Source: Ilumatobacteraceae bacterium (lineage in GTDB: Bacteria; Actinomycetota; Acidimicrobiia; Acidimicrobiales; Ilumatobacteraceae). From it: a stretch of 64,000 bases of DNA. The position numbers were made by a program, and so were the translations under genes. Positions 9,088-18,808 of the stretch are shown one piece after another. How positions within the stretch are numbered: the stretch's first letter is position 1; each line of letters begins with the position of its first letter. The notes beneath the pieces are model-generated. The model did not search any database. It was not told the origin of the DNA and saw nothing but the letters and a program-made list of their open reading frames with translations. Location: positions 53,976 to 117,975 of the forward strand of contig CAVYYX010000001.1 of NCBI GenBank assembly GCA_963772825.1, given 5' to 3'.

Positions 9088-10623
9088 ATGCATGTCCCGT
9101 TGACGGTCAGCGACTTCTTGCGCCGCGCCGAGTTGCTGTACCCCGACAGGATCGGCATCGTCGACGAACCCGACCAGCCGGCGCCGTCATGGGGCTCGCT
9201 GAGCTACGCCGAAGTGGCCGCGCGGGCGAGGGCCCTCGCCGCCGGACTCGACGCCCTCGGCATCGCTGCCGGCGAGCGGGTGGCGATCGTCAGCCACAAC
9301 GCGGCGCGGCTGATCGCCGCACTGTTCGGTGTGTCGGGCTCGGGCCGGATCCTCGTCCCGATCAACTTTCGCCTCGTCGCCCAGGAGGTCGCCTATATCG
9401 TCGAGCACAGCGGCGCCCGCGTCCTGCTCGTCGACCCCGAGCTCGACGACGCGTTGTCCGAGGTGACCTGCGAGCGACGCTTGGTGATCGGCGAGGAGTC
9501 CGACGAAACGCTGCTCCGACCGGGCGTCGAGCCACGACCGTGGGAAGCCGACGAGTCGGCGACGGCGACGATCAACTACACGTCAGGTACGACGGCGCGT
9601 CCCAAGGGGGTGCAGCTCACCCACCGCAACCTGTGGGTCAACGCGACGACGTTCGGCTGGCACGTGGGCGTCGACGACCGTGACGTCTACCTGCACACGC
9701 TGCCGCAGTTCCACTGCAATGGCTGGGGCATGCTCTACGCCGTCACCGGGATGGGCGGCCAGCACATCGTCCTGCGCAAGGTTGACGGCGCCGAGATCCT
9801 GCGGCGCGTCGAGCAGCACGGCGTCACGTTGATGTGCGGAGCCCCGGCAGTGCTGAACATGGTGCTCGATGCGGCGAGCACGTGGGAGGGCCCGATCCCC
9901 GGTGCCGGGAAGACCCGCATCGTCGTCGCCGGCGCGCCGCCGCCCACCCGCACGATCGAGCGCACGGAAACCGAGCTGGGCTGGGAGTTCGTGCAGATCT
10001 ACGGGCTCACCGAGACCTCGCCGCTGCTGACGATCAATCGCCGCCGCTCCGAGTTCGATGAACTGTCTCCGTCCGAGCGCGCCGCACGGCTGGGCCGCGC
10101 CGGCGGTCCGGCGATCGGTTGCACGATGGCCGTCGACGATCACGGCGAGGTGCTCGCCCGCAGCAACGTGGTGATGGAGGGCTACTGGGATCAGCCCGAG
10201 GCGACCGCCCAGGCGATCGTCGATGGGTGGTTCCACACCGGCGACGGCGGGTCGATCGACGAGCACAACTACGTGGTGATCTCCGATCGCAAGAAGGACG
10301 TGATCATCTCAGGTGGCGAGAATGTCTCGTCGATCGAGGTCGAGGACGCCATCTTCCAGCACCCCGACGTCGCCGAGGTCGCCGTCATCGGCATCCCCGA
10401 CGAGAAATGGGGCGAGCTGGTGACTGCGCTGGTGGTCACGGTGCCCGACAGCAAGCTGTCCGCCGACGACGTCGTCGCCTGGACGAAACAGCGACTCGCC
10501 GGGTACAAGTGCCCGAAGCGGGTGGAGTTCCGCAGCGAACTGGCCCGCACGGCCACCGGCAAGCTGCAGAAGTACAAGCTGCGCGAGCCGTTCTGGTCAG
10601 GCCACGACCGCCAGATCCACTGA
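9088..10623 (+). CDS. AMP-dependent acyl-CoA synthetase/ligase (FadD-like)
   Basis: AMP-binding motif INYTSGTTARPKGV, plus YGLTETSP, TGDGG and the C-terminal GKLQKYKLRE lysine motif. Start taken at ATG 9088 (MHVPLTVSDFL). Confidence 0.9.
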   Translation: MHVPLTVSDFLRRAELLYPDRIGIVDEPDQPAPSWGSLSYAEVAARARALAAGLDALGIAAGERVAIVSHNAARLIAALFGVSGSGRILVPINFRLVAQEVAYIVEHSGARVLLVDPELDDALSEVTCERRLVIGEESDETLLRPGVEPRPWEADESATATINYTSGTTARPKGVQLTHRNLWVNATTFGWHVGVDDRDVYLHTLPQFHCNGWGMLYAVTGMGGQHIVLRKVDGAEILRRVEQHGVTLMCGAPAVLNMVLDAASTWEGPIPGAGKTRIVVAGAPPPTRTIERTETELGWEFVQIYGLTETSPLLTINRRRSEFDELSPSERAARLGRAGGPAIGCTMAVDDHGEVLARSNVVMEGYWDQPEATAQAIVDGWFHTGDGGSIDEHNYVVISDRKKDVIISGGENVSSIEVEDAIFQHPDVAEVAVIGIPDEKWGELVTALVVTVPDSKLSADDVVAWTKQRLAGYKCPKRVEFRSELARTATGKLQKYKLREPFWSGHDRQIH

Positions 10624-10683
10624 TCCCGCTCGCCCACGCTGCGAGCTCACGGATTCTGGAGCCGCTTGGGAGCACGATGTTGC

Positions 10684-11280
10684 TCACAATTGGCCCTGGA
10701 ACTTGGTGAGCCGGCGCAAGCCGAGGCCGAACACGATCGTCGCCCCGCCGCGGACGAGCAGCCGGACTCCGACGAGCACGGCGAGGACGACAACGGTGGC
10801 CTCCGGCCAAACGAGGGCGAACACCCCGACGACGATGCTGAGCAGGCCGTCGAGCCACCACAGACCCCACCGGGGCAGCTCCCGGCGGTAGCGGAAGGTG
10901 AACAGCACCTCGGCGATGCCACCGGCGATCATGCCGACGCCGACGACGACCGCCAGGACCCACAGCGTCACGTCCGGCCACATCAGAGCGGCCACGGCGG
11001 TCAGCAGCCACGCCGCACTGAGGGCGTAGGAGGGCCAGCGCACCTCGTGGCGCTCGGCCTGGGCGAGCTCGTCGGCAGCGGCCAACGCCAGTCCGAAGGC
11101 GACGATGACCGCCAGCGCCCTGACGGTCCCGAACGGACTGAGCACGAGGACGACGCCGACGGCGGTGATCGCCACCCCAAGGGCGACGACGAGCCGCCAG
11201 CGGCGCAGCAGCGCAGCGGTGTCACCCACGTCTCTGAGAACCCGACGACCTGCATCTGGCGACCTCCCCCTGGACGCCAT
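10684..11280 (-). CDS. HdeD/DUF308-like multi-pass membrane protein
   Basis: Six hydrophobic helices with repeated W..G....G..E/L pattern. The internal ATG at 11280 lies directly after the upstream gene stop. The upstream part of the ORF-track product is poly-Arg nonsense. Confidence 0.65.
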   Translation of the reverse strand: MASRGRSPDAGRRVLRDVGDTAALLRRWRLVVALGVAITAVGVVLVLSPFGTVRALAVIVAFGLALAAADELAQAERHEVRWPSYALSAAWLLTAVAALMWPDVTLWVLAVVVGVGMIAGGIAEVLFTFRYRRELPRWGLWWLDGLLSIVVGVFALVWPEATVVVLAVLVGVRLLVRGGATIVFGLGLRRLTKFQGQL

Positions 11281-11284
11281 TCTC

Positions 11285-12808
11285 TCACCCGGCGGTCGTC
11301 GTCGACGCCGGCCGGACTGGAACGACGGTCGTCGAGGTCGTCGTCGTCGTCGTCGTCGTGGTGGTCGAGGTCGTCGGAGCCGGCGCATCGATGCCGGCGT
11401 GGTCGATGGCGTCCTGGAAGATCGCCGCCAGATCGTCGGTCTCTTCCGGATAGTTGCCGCTGACGAGGATCGACCAGGTCATCCCGTCGGGACGGTGGAC
11501 GACCATCGCGTGGGTGTTCTCGATCGTGCCCGTGTGGCCCCACGACTGGTTTGCGAAGGCGATCGTCGCCAGCCCGTACCAGCGTTCGGCCGGCGAGCTG
11601 TAGGTGATCCCGGCGACCGGTTTGCGCATCAGTTGGGCGAGGTCGTCCGGCAGCGGATGGAACCCCGGCGTGGTGTTGTCGAGGGAGTCGACGATCTTCA
11701 CCACGTCGGCGGGCGTCCCCACCCACGATCCGGCGCCACCGAGCACCTCCATGTAGTTGCGGTTCGGGAACGACGGGTGGATCACCTCGTCGGGCTGCGG
11801 GTCGAACGTCCCGGCGAGGCGCATCCCGGTGATGCCGAGCGGTTCGAGTAGCCGTTCCTGGGCGACCACCTCGTAGGGCTGCCCGGTGACGACCTCGATG
11901 AGCACCTCGAGCATGCAGAAGTTCATGTTCGAGTAGTTGTAGGTCGATCCCGGGTCGTACTGCACGCCGTTGTCCAGTCCCCGGGCGGCGGCGTCGCGGC
12001 AGGACTCGACGCCACGGGAGAAGAACGTCTTCTGGAACTCGCTGAAGCCAGACGTGTGCGAGAGCAGCTGCCGGACGGTGATCGCCGCCGGCGGCCGGCC
12101 GGTGACGTCGACGCCGAGGTGGTCGCCGAGCAGCTCGCCGACGGGCTCGTCGAGGGACAGCGTGCCGTCGGCGACGAGCTGCAAGACGACGGTGCCGGTG
12201 ATCACCTTGGAGATGCTGGCGATGCGGAACCGATCACCCACGTCGACGGGCTCGAGGACGACCGGAACCGTGGTCGTGGTCGTCGTCGACGTGGTGGTCG
12301 TGGCGATCGTCGAGGCGCCGGACGACTCGGTGGGCGGTTCCGGCGGTGGGGGGACGATGTTCGGCGAGTTGCGGTCACCGTACGAGGCGGCGTGCACGGG
12401 CACCCCGTCGATGCTCACGGCAATCCCGAACGCGAAATCGCCGGCGCCGAGCAGGCGATCCTGAAGATAGGCGTCGACCTGCGCCCACTCGACGTCGGTG
12501 GGCCTGGCGAGCGTGCTGGCCGGAGCCCCACCGCCGGCAGCCGGTCGGGGTGGCGTCGTCGGTGGGCCCGACGTCGTGATCGCTGACGTGGCGGCTGGGG
12601 CAGTGGGCACGAGGGTGACCGCCGGCGGCGCCGGCGCCTGTGCGGGCGGCGGTGTCGCGTCGGTCGGCGAGGTGCTCGCGTCGACCGGTTTCACGGCGGT
12701 CGTCGCAGTCTCGGCCAGCGGGCGCGAGGCGGCGCACGCAGAAACGCCGATCGTGACGGAAAGCGCCGCCACGACGGGCGCCAACTGTCGCCACCTCGTC
12801 GAAATCAT
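11285..12808 (-). CDS. Secreted serine hydrolase (class C beta-lactamase / PBP-like) with Thr-rich tracts
   Basis: Lipobox IGVSAC. SxxK motif in FRIASISKVITG. Beta-lactamase-fold stretch LLSHTSGF. Internal and C-terminal poly-Thr runs. Confidence 0.8.
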   Translation of the reverse strand: MISTRWRQLAPVVAALSVTIGVSACAASRPLAETATTAVKPVDASTSPTDATPPPAQAPAPPAVTLVPTAPAATSAITTSGPPTTPPRPAAGGGAPASTLARPTDVEWAQVDAYLQDRLLGAGDFAFGIAVSIDGVPVHAASYGDRNSPNIVPPPPEPPTESSGASTIATTTTSTTTTTTVPVVLEPVDVGDRFRIASISKVITGTVVLQLVADGTLSLDEPVGELLGDHLGVDVTGRPPAAITVRQLLSHTSGFSEFQKTFFSRGVESCRDAAARGLDNGVQYDPGSTYNYSNMNFCMLEVLIEVVTGQPYEVVAQERLLEPLGITGMRLAGTFDPQPDEVIHPSFPNRNYMEVLGGAGSWVGTPADVVKIVDSLDNTTPGFHPLPDDLAQLMRKPVAGITYSSPAERWYGLATIAFANQSWGHTGTIENTHAMVVHRPDGMTWSILVSGNYPEETDDLAAIFQDAIDHAGIDAPAPTTSTTTTTTTTTTSTTVVPVRPASTTTAG

Positions 12809-12861
12809 GGGTCAACATCTTCGCGGGAGTTGGCCGCGAATCCGCCTCGCCCCGAGATTCG

Positions 12862-13740
12862 TCACGGCGAGAGCACGGCGCGGGCCACGATGTCCGTGCC
12901 GAAGGCGGTGAGGATGGCCAGGTAGAGCAAGCCGGTCGCCGCCATCACGGCGGAGTACTGCCGTTCCTTGAGCGCCGCCTTGGTGACGAGGACGAGGACG
13001 ATCGTCGTGATCGCACAGGCCGCCCACATCCAGCCGAGCATCCCGCCCCAGCCGTCGTCGATCGACCCCGAGAACACGCTGAACATCCCCGTCGGGATCA
13101 GCAGGGCGATGACCTCGATCGGCCAGATGACGGCGACTGCGTCGACGAGCTCATCGAGCAAGCGGCGGGGCAGGCCGGGCTGGACCAGGTACCAGTGGCC
13201 GAGGAGCATCGCATCGGTGATCGACCCGAGGAAGGCGGCCCCGACGAGCGTCCGGAGCACCGATAACGCCACCTCGCTGTCGGCATCGAGGGCCGCCGCC
13301 AGCAATCCCACGGTGCCGACGGCGACCGGGACGAGATCGAGCCGCGGCTCGAACTCGGTGGTCGTCGACTGGCCGCCACGCTCGTCGCCGGCCCACGACG
13401 TCGGCAAGCCCCGGTCGATGCCGGTCATCGCCGCGACCCGTGCCGACCTCCGGTCGTGCTCGTCACGCTGCCCGCGCACTCCAGCGGCTCGTTTGGCCAC
13501 GGACACCGCCAGCACGCCGAGGCACGCCACCCCGGTCGCCGCCGCGGACACCTCACGAATGACGTTCGGATCGGTCAGCAGTCCGGCGGCCACGGCGCCG
13601 AAGGCGATCACCGCATACACGCCGCGCAGCAGCCAGCCATAACCCAAGCCGACCTCCCGACGCCGGGTGGTGAACCAGCAGAAGGCCATCCCGCCGACCG
13701 CCCATTGCAGGAGCACGGTGGCGGCCTCGAGGCGGATCAC
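12862..13740 (-). CDS. Integral membrane protein, function unknown
   Basis: About 8 hydrophobic segments. Start placed at GTG 13740 (VIRLEAATVLL) to avoid overlapping the divergent gene at 13794. Confidence 0.5.
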   Translation of the reverse strand: MIRLEAATVLLQWAVGGMAFCWFTTRRREVGLGYGWLLRGVYAVIAFGAVAAGLLTDPNVIREVSAAATGVACLGVLAVSVAKRAAGVRGQRDEHDRRSARVAAMTGIDRGLPTSWAGDERGGQSTTTEFEPRLDLVPVAVGTVGLLAAALDADSEVALSVLRTLVGAAFLGSITDAMLLGHWYLVQPGLPRRLLDELVDAVAVIWPIEVIALLIPTGMFSVFSGSIDDGWGGMLGWMWAACAITTIVLVLVTKAALKERQYSAVMAATGLLYLAILTAFGTDIVARAVLSP

Positions 13741-13793
13741 GCGGCGGAGGGTACCGTCGCCTCCCGGCGTCGACGGCCTAGCCTGACGGCGCG

Positions 13794-14447
13794 ATGGACG
13801 ACCGCCGACCCCCTCGAAGCTGGCTCGGCGGCCTCCTCCCCCTCGCCGCAACGATCGCCGTGGTCGTCGGGGCCTCCGGCTGCTTCACCGGCGAGCGCCC
13901 GACACTCGCCGACGAACCAACAACGGGCTCGCCAGCTGTCGACGCAGTCGTCGAGCGGGTCAACGCCCTCGGCGACGCCGTGTACACGGCGAGCTACGAC
14001 GTGGTCACGACGTTCGACAACAAGACCACGCCGGTGCGGGCCTCGCAGTCGGGAACCAGCCGGCGCTCGTTGACGATCGGCGACGTGCGCTACCTCATCG
14101 ACGGCGCGTCGACACAGACGTGCACGGTGTCCACCAGCGAGTGCACCGACACGATCGACGCCGCCCGCGTCAGCGACGTGCAGATGACGCCGGACTTCTT
14201 CGGCACGAGCCTGTCGGCGCGTCTGCGTCACGACGCCGAGACCGCCGTCGGCGAGCCGACGGCGTCGACCGAGGAGATCCAGGGTCAGCCGGCCACGTGC
14301 ACGGCGATCCCCGTCGACGGTGCGACGAACACGTATTGCGTGCTCGACAACGGTGTTCTCGGCCGGATGGAGACCGGCGACCTCGTCGTCACGATGACCG
14401 CCTACGAGCCCGGTGCCGACGCCAGCCTGTTCACCGAAGGCGACTGA
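13794..14447 (+). CDS. Hypothetical lipoprotein
   Basis: Signal peptide with lipobox VVGASGC. No further family recognised. Confidence 0.55.
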   Translation: MDDRRPPRSWLGGLLPLAATIAVVVGASGCFTGERPTLADEPTTGSPAVDAVVERVNALGDAVYTASYDVVTTFDNKTTPVRASQSGTSRRSLTIGDVRYLIDGASTQTCTVSTSECTDTIDAARVSDVQMTPDFFGTSLSARLRHDAETAVGEPTASTEEIQGQPATCTAIPVDGATNTYCVLDNGVLGRMETGDLVVTMTAYEPGADASLFTEGD

Positions 14448-14459
14448 CCAACCCTCCCT

Positions 14460-14476
14460 ACCCGAGTGTTTCGGGT
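14460..14476. terminator. Short hairpin between convergent genes (ACCCGA-gtgtt-TCGGGT)
   Basis: 6-bp stem and 5-nt loop, 13 nt after the stop at 14447 and 11 nt before the convergent stop at 14487. Shares the ACCCGAGTGTT motif seen after two other stops. Confidence 0.5.
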
Positions 14477-14486
14477 GGAGCGCGCG

Positions 14487-15584
14487 TCAGACGGTGACGA
14501 GGGAGTGGTCGGCGTTGTTCAGGCGCTGCGGGCCGGCATCGCTGGCGACGACGATGTCCTCCAAGCGGATTCCCCACCGTCCGCCGAGGTAGATGCCCGG
14601 CTCGACGCTGAAGGCGTGGCCGGGGGCCAGCGGCTCCGTGTTGCCGGCGATGATGTACGGGTCCTCGTGCTCTTCGAGGCCGATGCCGTGTCCGGTGCGG
14701 TGGATGAAGTACTCCCCGTAGCCGGCGTCGGCGATGATCTGGCGGGCGGCGCGATCGACGTCCTCGCACGACGTGCCGACCGTCGCCGCAGCGACAGAGG
14801 CGGCCTGGGCGGCGTGCAGCACGGCGTAGGCCTCGGCGATCTCCGCCGGAGGATCGCCCGTGAACACGCAGCGGGTGATGTCGCTGCAGTAGCCGTCCAT
14901 CGTCCCCCCGAAGTCGCACAGCACGATCTCGCCGGCTTCGATGACCCTGCCGGAGGCGTGGTGGTGGGGGCTCGCCGCGTTGGCCCCGGCGGCGACGATC
15001 GCGAAGTTGACCTTGTCGTGGCCCTCGGCGAGGAGGCGGGCGGAGATGTCGGCGGAGACTTGCGCCTCCGTGCGCCCGACGAGGGCGATCTCACCGGCGT
15101 GCAGCTGCGCCGCGACGCGATCGGCAGCGGCGCCGGCGGCCCGCAACGCGGCGACCTCGGCGTCGTCCTTGACCACGCGCAGCGGGCCGATGACGTCGAC
15201 GGCTCGTCGGAATGACGCCGCCGGCAGGTGCGGCAGCAACTCGACGAGGAAGCGCGCCCACATCTGGTCGCCGACAGCGAGCGTCGACGCCTCGCCACAC
15301 AGGCGGGCGACGATCTCGACGGGGTCGGCGGACTCCGGCCACGGCTCGATCGTGAACACGTCTGGCTGCTCGACAACACGTCGCGCCTCCAGCTCGGGCA
15401 CGACGAGGGTCGCGTCACCGTCGCGCGGGACGACGAGCATCGTCAGGCGCTCGAGCGGCATCGCGTAGTAGCCGGTGAGGTAGGGCAGGTCGTGGCCGAC
15501 GGAGAGCAGGAGCACGTCGATGGCCTGGTCGGCCATCCCCTTGCGGACGCGGTCGAGTCGGTCGAGATACTGAGCGCTACTCAC
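14487..15584 (-). CDS. M24-family Xaa-Pro dipeptidase / aminopeptidase P-like metallopeptidase
   Basis: Creatinase-like N-domain plus M24 metal ligand context (CDFGGTMDGYCSDITR, HRTGHGIGLEEHE, VEPGIY, IRLED). Confidence 0.9.
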   Translation of the reverse strand: MSSAQYLDRLDRVRKGMADQAIDVLLLSVGHDLPYLTGYYAMPLERLTMLVVPRDGDATLVVPELEARRVVEQPDVFTIEPWPESADPVEIVARLCGEASTLAVGDQMWARFLVELLPHLPAASFRRAVDVIGPLRVVKDDAEVAALRAAGAAADRVAAQLHAGEIALVGRTEAQVSADISARLLAEGHDKVNFAIVAAGANAASPHHHASGRVIEAGEIVLCDFGGTMDGYCSDITRCVFTGDPPAEIAEAYAVLHAAQAASVAAATVGTSCEDVDRAARQIIADAGYGEYFIHRTGHGIGLEEHEDPYIIAGNTEPLAPGHAFSVEPGIYLGGRWGIRLEDIVVASDAGPQRLNNADHSLVTV

Positions 15585-17260
15585 TCCGCCATTGTGGCGG
15601 ATGCTGGCTGGCTTGCCCCCACTCCCGCGGCCGCGGCCTTGGCGTGATAGCTCGAGCGGGTCAGCGGGCTGGCCTCGACGTGGCCGATGCCGAGTGATTC
15701 ACCGAGCGCTGCCCACTCGGCGAACCGCGCCGGCTCGACCCACCGATCGACCGGGATGTGATGCGACGTCGGACGGAGGTACTGGCCGATCGTGACGATG
15801 TCGACGCCGATCGCCGCCAGGTCGCCGAGCAGCCCACCGACCTCCTCGTCGGTCTCCCCGAGACCGACCATCAGCCCCGACTTGGTGACCAGTCCGGCAC
15901 CCTTCGCCCTGGCGAGCACGGCGAGGCTGCGGGCGTAACCGGCGGACGGGCGCACCGCTCGCTGCAGCCGGGCGACGGTCTCCACGTTGTGGTTGAGCAC
16001 GTCGGGCCGGACGTCGAACAGCGTCGCGAGGGCGTCGGCATTGCCATGGACGTCGGAGATCAACGTCTCGACTCGTGCTTGCGGGCGGCGGCGGCGGATC
16101 GCCTCCACGCACGCGGCGACGTGGGCCATCCCGCCGTCGGCGAGGTCGTCACGGGCGACCATCGTCAGCACGACATGGTCGAGGGCCATCCGGTCGATCG
16201 CCTCGGCCACCCGCTCGGGCTCGTCGGCGGGCGGCGCCTCGGGCTTGCGCGTGTCGACGAGGCAGAAGCCACACGCCCTCGTGCACCGATCGCCGAGCAC
16301 CATGAAGGTCGCCGTCCCGTCGCTCCAGCACTCCGACAGGTTCGGACACCCGGCGTCCTCGCACACCGTGACGAGACCGAGCGAGCGGATCGTCCGCTTG
16401 AGGTCGAGCACGGCGCTGGTGTGATGGACCTTGGGACGCAGCCAGTCGGGCTTGCGGGTGGCGATCGACAGCCCGTCCACGACGCCCGCTTCGACGAGAC
16501 GCGACGTCAGGCGCACCGGCGTCGCCTGACGGTCGGGACGCACGACGCGTCCCGGCCCGGCTCCGCTGGAGAACAGCGAAAGATCCTCGGGGCGATGCCG
16601 CCAGGCGACGTCCTGGCGTTCCATCCGACCGTGACCCCAGCGCTCACCGGCGATCCGCGAGAGGACGTCGACGACCTCGCGCATCTCGACCTCGACGCCC
16701 TCCTCGCGCAGCGACGTGACGGGACGGTCGCCGATCCCGCACGCCACGATGTGCTCGCGCAGGTAGGCCATGTCGGTGGCGACGTTGAGGGCGAAGCCGT
16801 GCATCGTCCGACCGCCCTTGAGGCGCACGCCGATGGCACAGATCTTGCGCGGGTTGCTGCCACCGGCGTCGACCCACACGCCTGGATACTCGGTGAGCCG
16901 GCCGGCGCTGACACCGAACGCGGCGAGCGTGTCGATGACGACCTGTTCGACGTTGTTGACGTGGCCTGCGGCGTCGAGCTTGTTGGCCACGGTGAGGATC
17001 GGGTAGCCGACGAGCTGACCCGGGCCGTGGTAGGTGATATCGCCACCACGACTCACCGCCACCAGCTCGGCGCCGACGTCGGCGGGCTCGCAACGCAGGT
17101 TGTGGTCGAGGTCCGACCGGGGGCCATGCGTGAACACGTGGGGATGTTCGAGGAGCAGCAGATGCTGCTCGGTCCGCCCGCGGAAGAGTGCCTCCTGCAC
17201 GGCGAGCGCCTCGCTGTAGGGGACGCTCCCCAGCCACCTGACCCGCAGCGGACCCTTCAC
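15581..17260 (-). CDS. lipB-lipA: Single ORF fusing octanoyltransferase LipB (N-terminal about 215 aa) to lipoyl synthase LipA (C-terminal about 300 aa)
   Basis: LipB motifs: HPHVFTHG, GGDITYHGPGQLVGYPI, KICAIGVR. LipA motifs: KPDWLR, CEDAGCPNLSECW, radical-SAM CTRACGFC, NHNVETV, QYLRPT. There is no stop between them. GTG start overlaps the E2 stop (GTGA) and the stop overlaps the M24 start. Confidence 0.9.
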   Translation of the reverse strand: MKGPLRVRWLGSVPYSEALAVQEALFRGRTEQHLLLLEHPHVFTHGPRSDLDHNLRCEPADVGAELVAVSRGGDITYHGPGQLVGYPILTVANKLDAAGHVNNVEQVVIDTLAAFGVSAGRLTEYPGVWVDAGGSNPRKICAIGVRLKGGRTMHGFALNVATDMAYLREHIVACGIGDRPVTSLREEGVEVEMREVVDVLSRIAGERWGHGRMERQDVAWRHRPEDLSLFSSGAGPGRVVRPDRQATPVRLTSRLVEAGVVDGLSIATRKPDWLRPKVHHTSAVLDLKRTIRSLGLVTVCEDAGCPNLSECWSDGTATFMVLGDRCTRACGFCLVDTRKPEAPPADEPERVAEAIDRMALDHVVLTMVARDDLADGGMAHVAACVEAIRRRRPQARVETLISDVHGNADALATLFDVRPDVLNHNVETVARLQRAVRPSAGYARSLAVLARAKGAGLVTKSGLMVGLGETDEEVGGLLGDLAAIGVDIVTIGQYLRPTSHHIPVDRWVEPARFAEWAALGESLGIGHVEASPLTRSSYHAKAAAAGVGASQPASATMAE

Positions 17261-18785
17261 AACTCGGTCGACCAGTCCTTCGTCTCGAGAATCTCCTTGA
17301 CCCGGACGAGGAAGCCTGCGGCGTAGGCGCCGTCGAAGGCCCGGTGGTCCCAGGCCATCGCCAAGTTGCCGAGCGGGTGGACGACGATCGCCTCCGTGCC
17401 GTCGGGCAGCGTTGCGACCACCGGCTTGCGCACGATCGCGTCGGTCGACAGGATCGCCACCTGCGGCTGGTTGATGATCGGGAACGTCAGCACCGAGCCT
17501 GCCGATCCGTTGTTGGAGATCGTGAACGTCCCGCCGGCGATCTCGTCGGGCATCAACTTCTTCGTGCGCGCCCGCCCAGCGAGGTCGTAGATCTCCTTGG
17601 CGATCGCCCCGAGGCGCTTGCCCTCGGCGCCACGTATCACCGGCACGATGAGGCCCTCGTAATCGAGATCGACGGCGATGCCCAGGTCGATGTAGCCGTG
17701 GACGATCAGGTCCCCGTCGCCAACGGTCGCATTGAGGTGGGGGAACTCGTCGAGGGCGTCGACGACGGCCCGGCTGATGAACGGGAGGTAGGTGAGGCTG
17801 AATCCCTCATCGGCCTTCCACTGCTTCTTGACCTTGCCCCGCGTGACGTCGACGTTGTGGTAGTCGACCTCCACGACGCTGAAGGCGTGCGGGCTGGTGG
17901 CCTTCGAGGTGATCATCGCCGCGCCGGTGAGCTTGCGGATCTTGCTCAGCTTGATCGCCTCGTCGCGATCGGTTGCCGCGGGGGCAGGGGCTGCCGCCGC
18001 TGCGGCCGGTGGCGCGGCTGGTGCCGATGGCGCGGCCGCCTGTGCAGCAGCCGGGGCGGGCGCCTGGGCGGGTTCCGCAGCCGGAGCCGGTGCGGCCGGC
18101 GCGACAGCTGCCGCCGCCGGGGCCTGGCCCTTGGCCAACGCATCGATGTGGTCGAGCACGTCATCGCGCGTGATCCGCCCGCCCGGCCCGGTGCCGCTGA
18201 TCGTTGCCGGATCGAGCCCGTGCTCGTTGACCAGGCGGCGCACGACCGGCGACAACAACTTCCCGGCGGCGCCCGCCGGCGCAGCGTCCTCGGTAGCGGG
18301 AGGTGCCGGTGCGGGCGCTGGCGGTGTTGATGCCTGGGCCGGCTCGGGCTGCGGCGCAGGCTCAGGCTTCGCGGCCGGCTCAGGCTCAGCGGCCGGCTCG
18401 GGCTCAGCGGCCGGCTCGGGCTGGCAGCGGCCACCTCCGGCTCGGCGGCCGGCTCGGGCTGCGGCGCAGGCGCAGGCTCCGGCTCCGCGGCCGGCTGGGT
18501 CTCAGCGGCCGGTGTTTCCGCGGCAGCCGGAGCAGCCGCCGGCGCGTTGCCGCCCTCGGAGACCACGGCGATCACGGTGCCGACCGACACCGTCTCGCCC
18601 TCCGGGACGCGGATCTCGGAGATCGTGCCGGCGACTGGCGACGGCACCTCCGTGTCGACCTTGTCGGTGGACACCTCGAACAACGGCTCGTCGGCGTTGA
18701 CGTTGTCGCCGACCGCCTTGAACCACTGCGTGATCGTTCCCTCGGTGACCGTCTCGCCGAGCTGCGGGAGCGTCACTTCTGCCAT
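17257..18785 (-). CDS. sucB: 2-oxoacid dehydrogenase E2 (dihydrolipoamide acyl/succinyltransferase), frame broken in the Ala/Pro linker near 18421-18430
   Basis: The lipoyl domain (MAEVTLPQLGETVTEGTITQW...VSTDKVDTEV) is in one frame. The E3-binding domain (LSPVVRRLVNEHGLDPATISGTGPGGRITRDDV) and catalytic core (DHRAFDG) are in another. The span is 1529 nt, not a multiple of 3. Confidence 0.85.
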
Positions 18786-18808
18786 GTCGAAGTCCTTTCT
18801 CGTACCGG

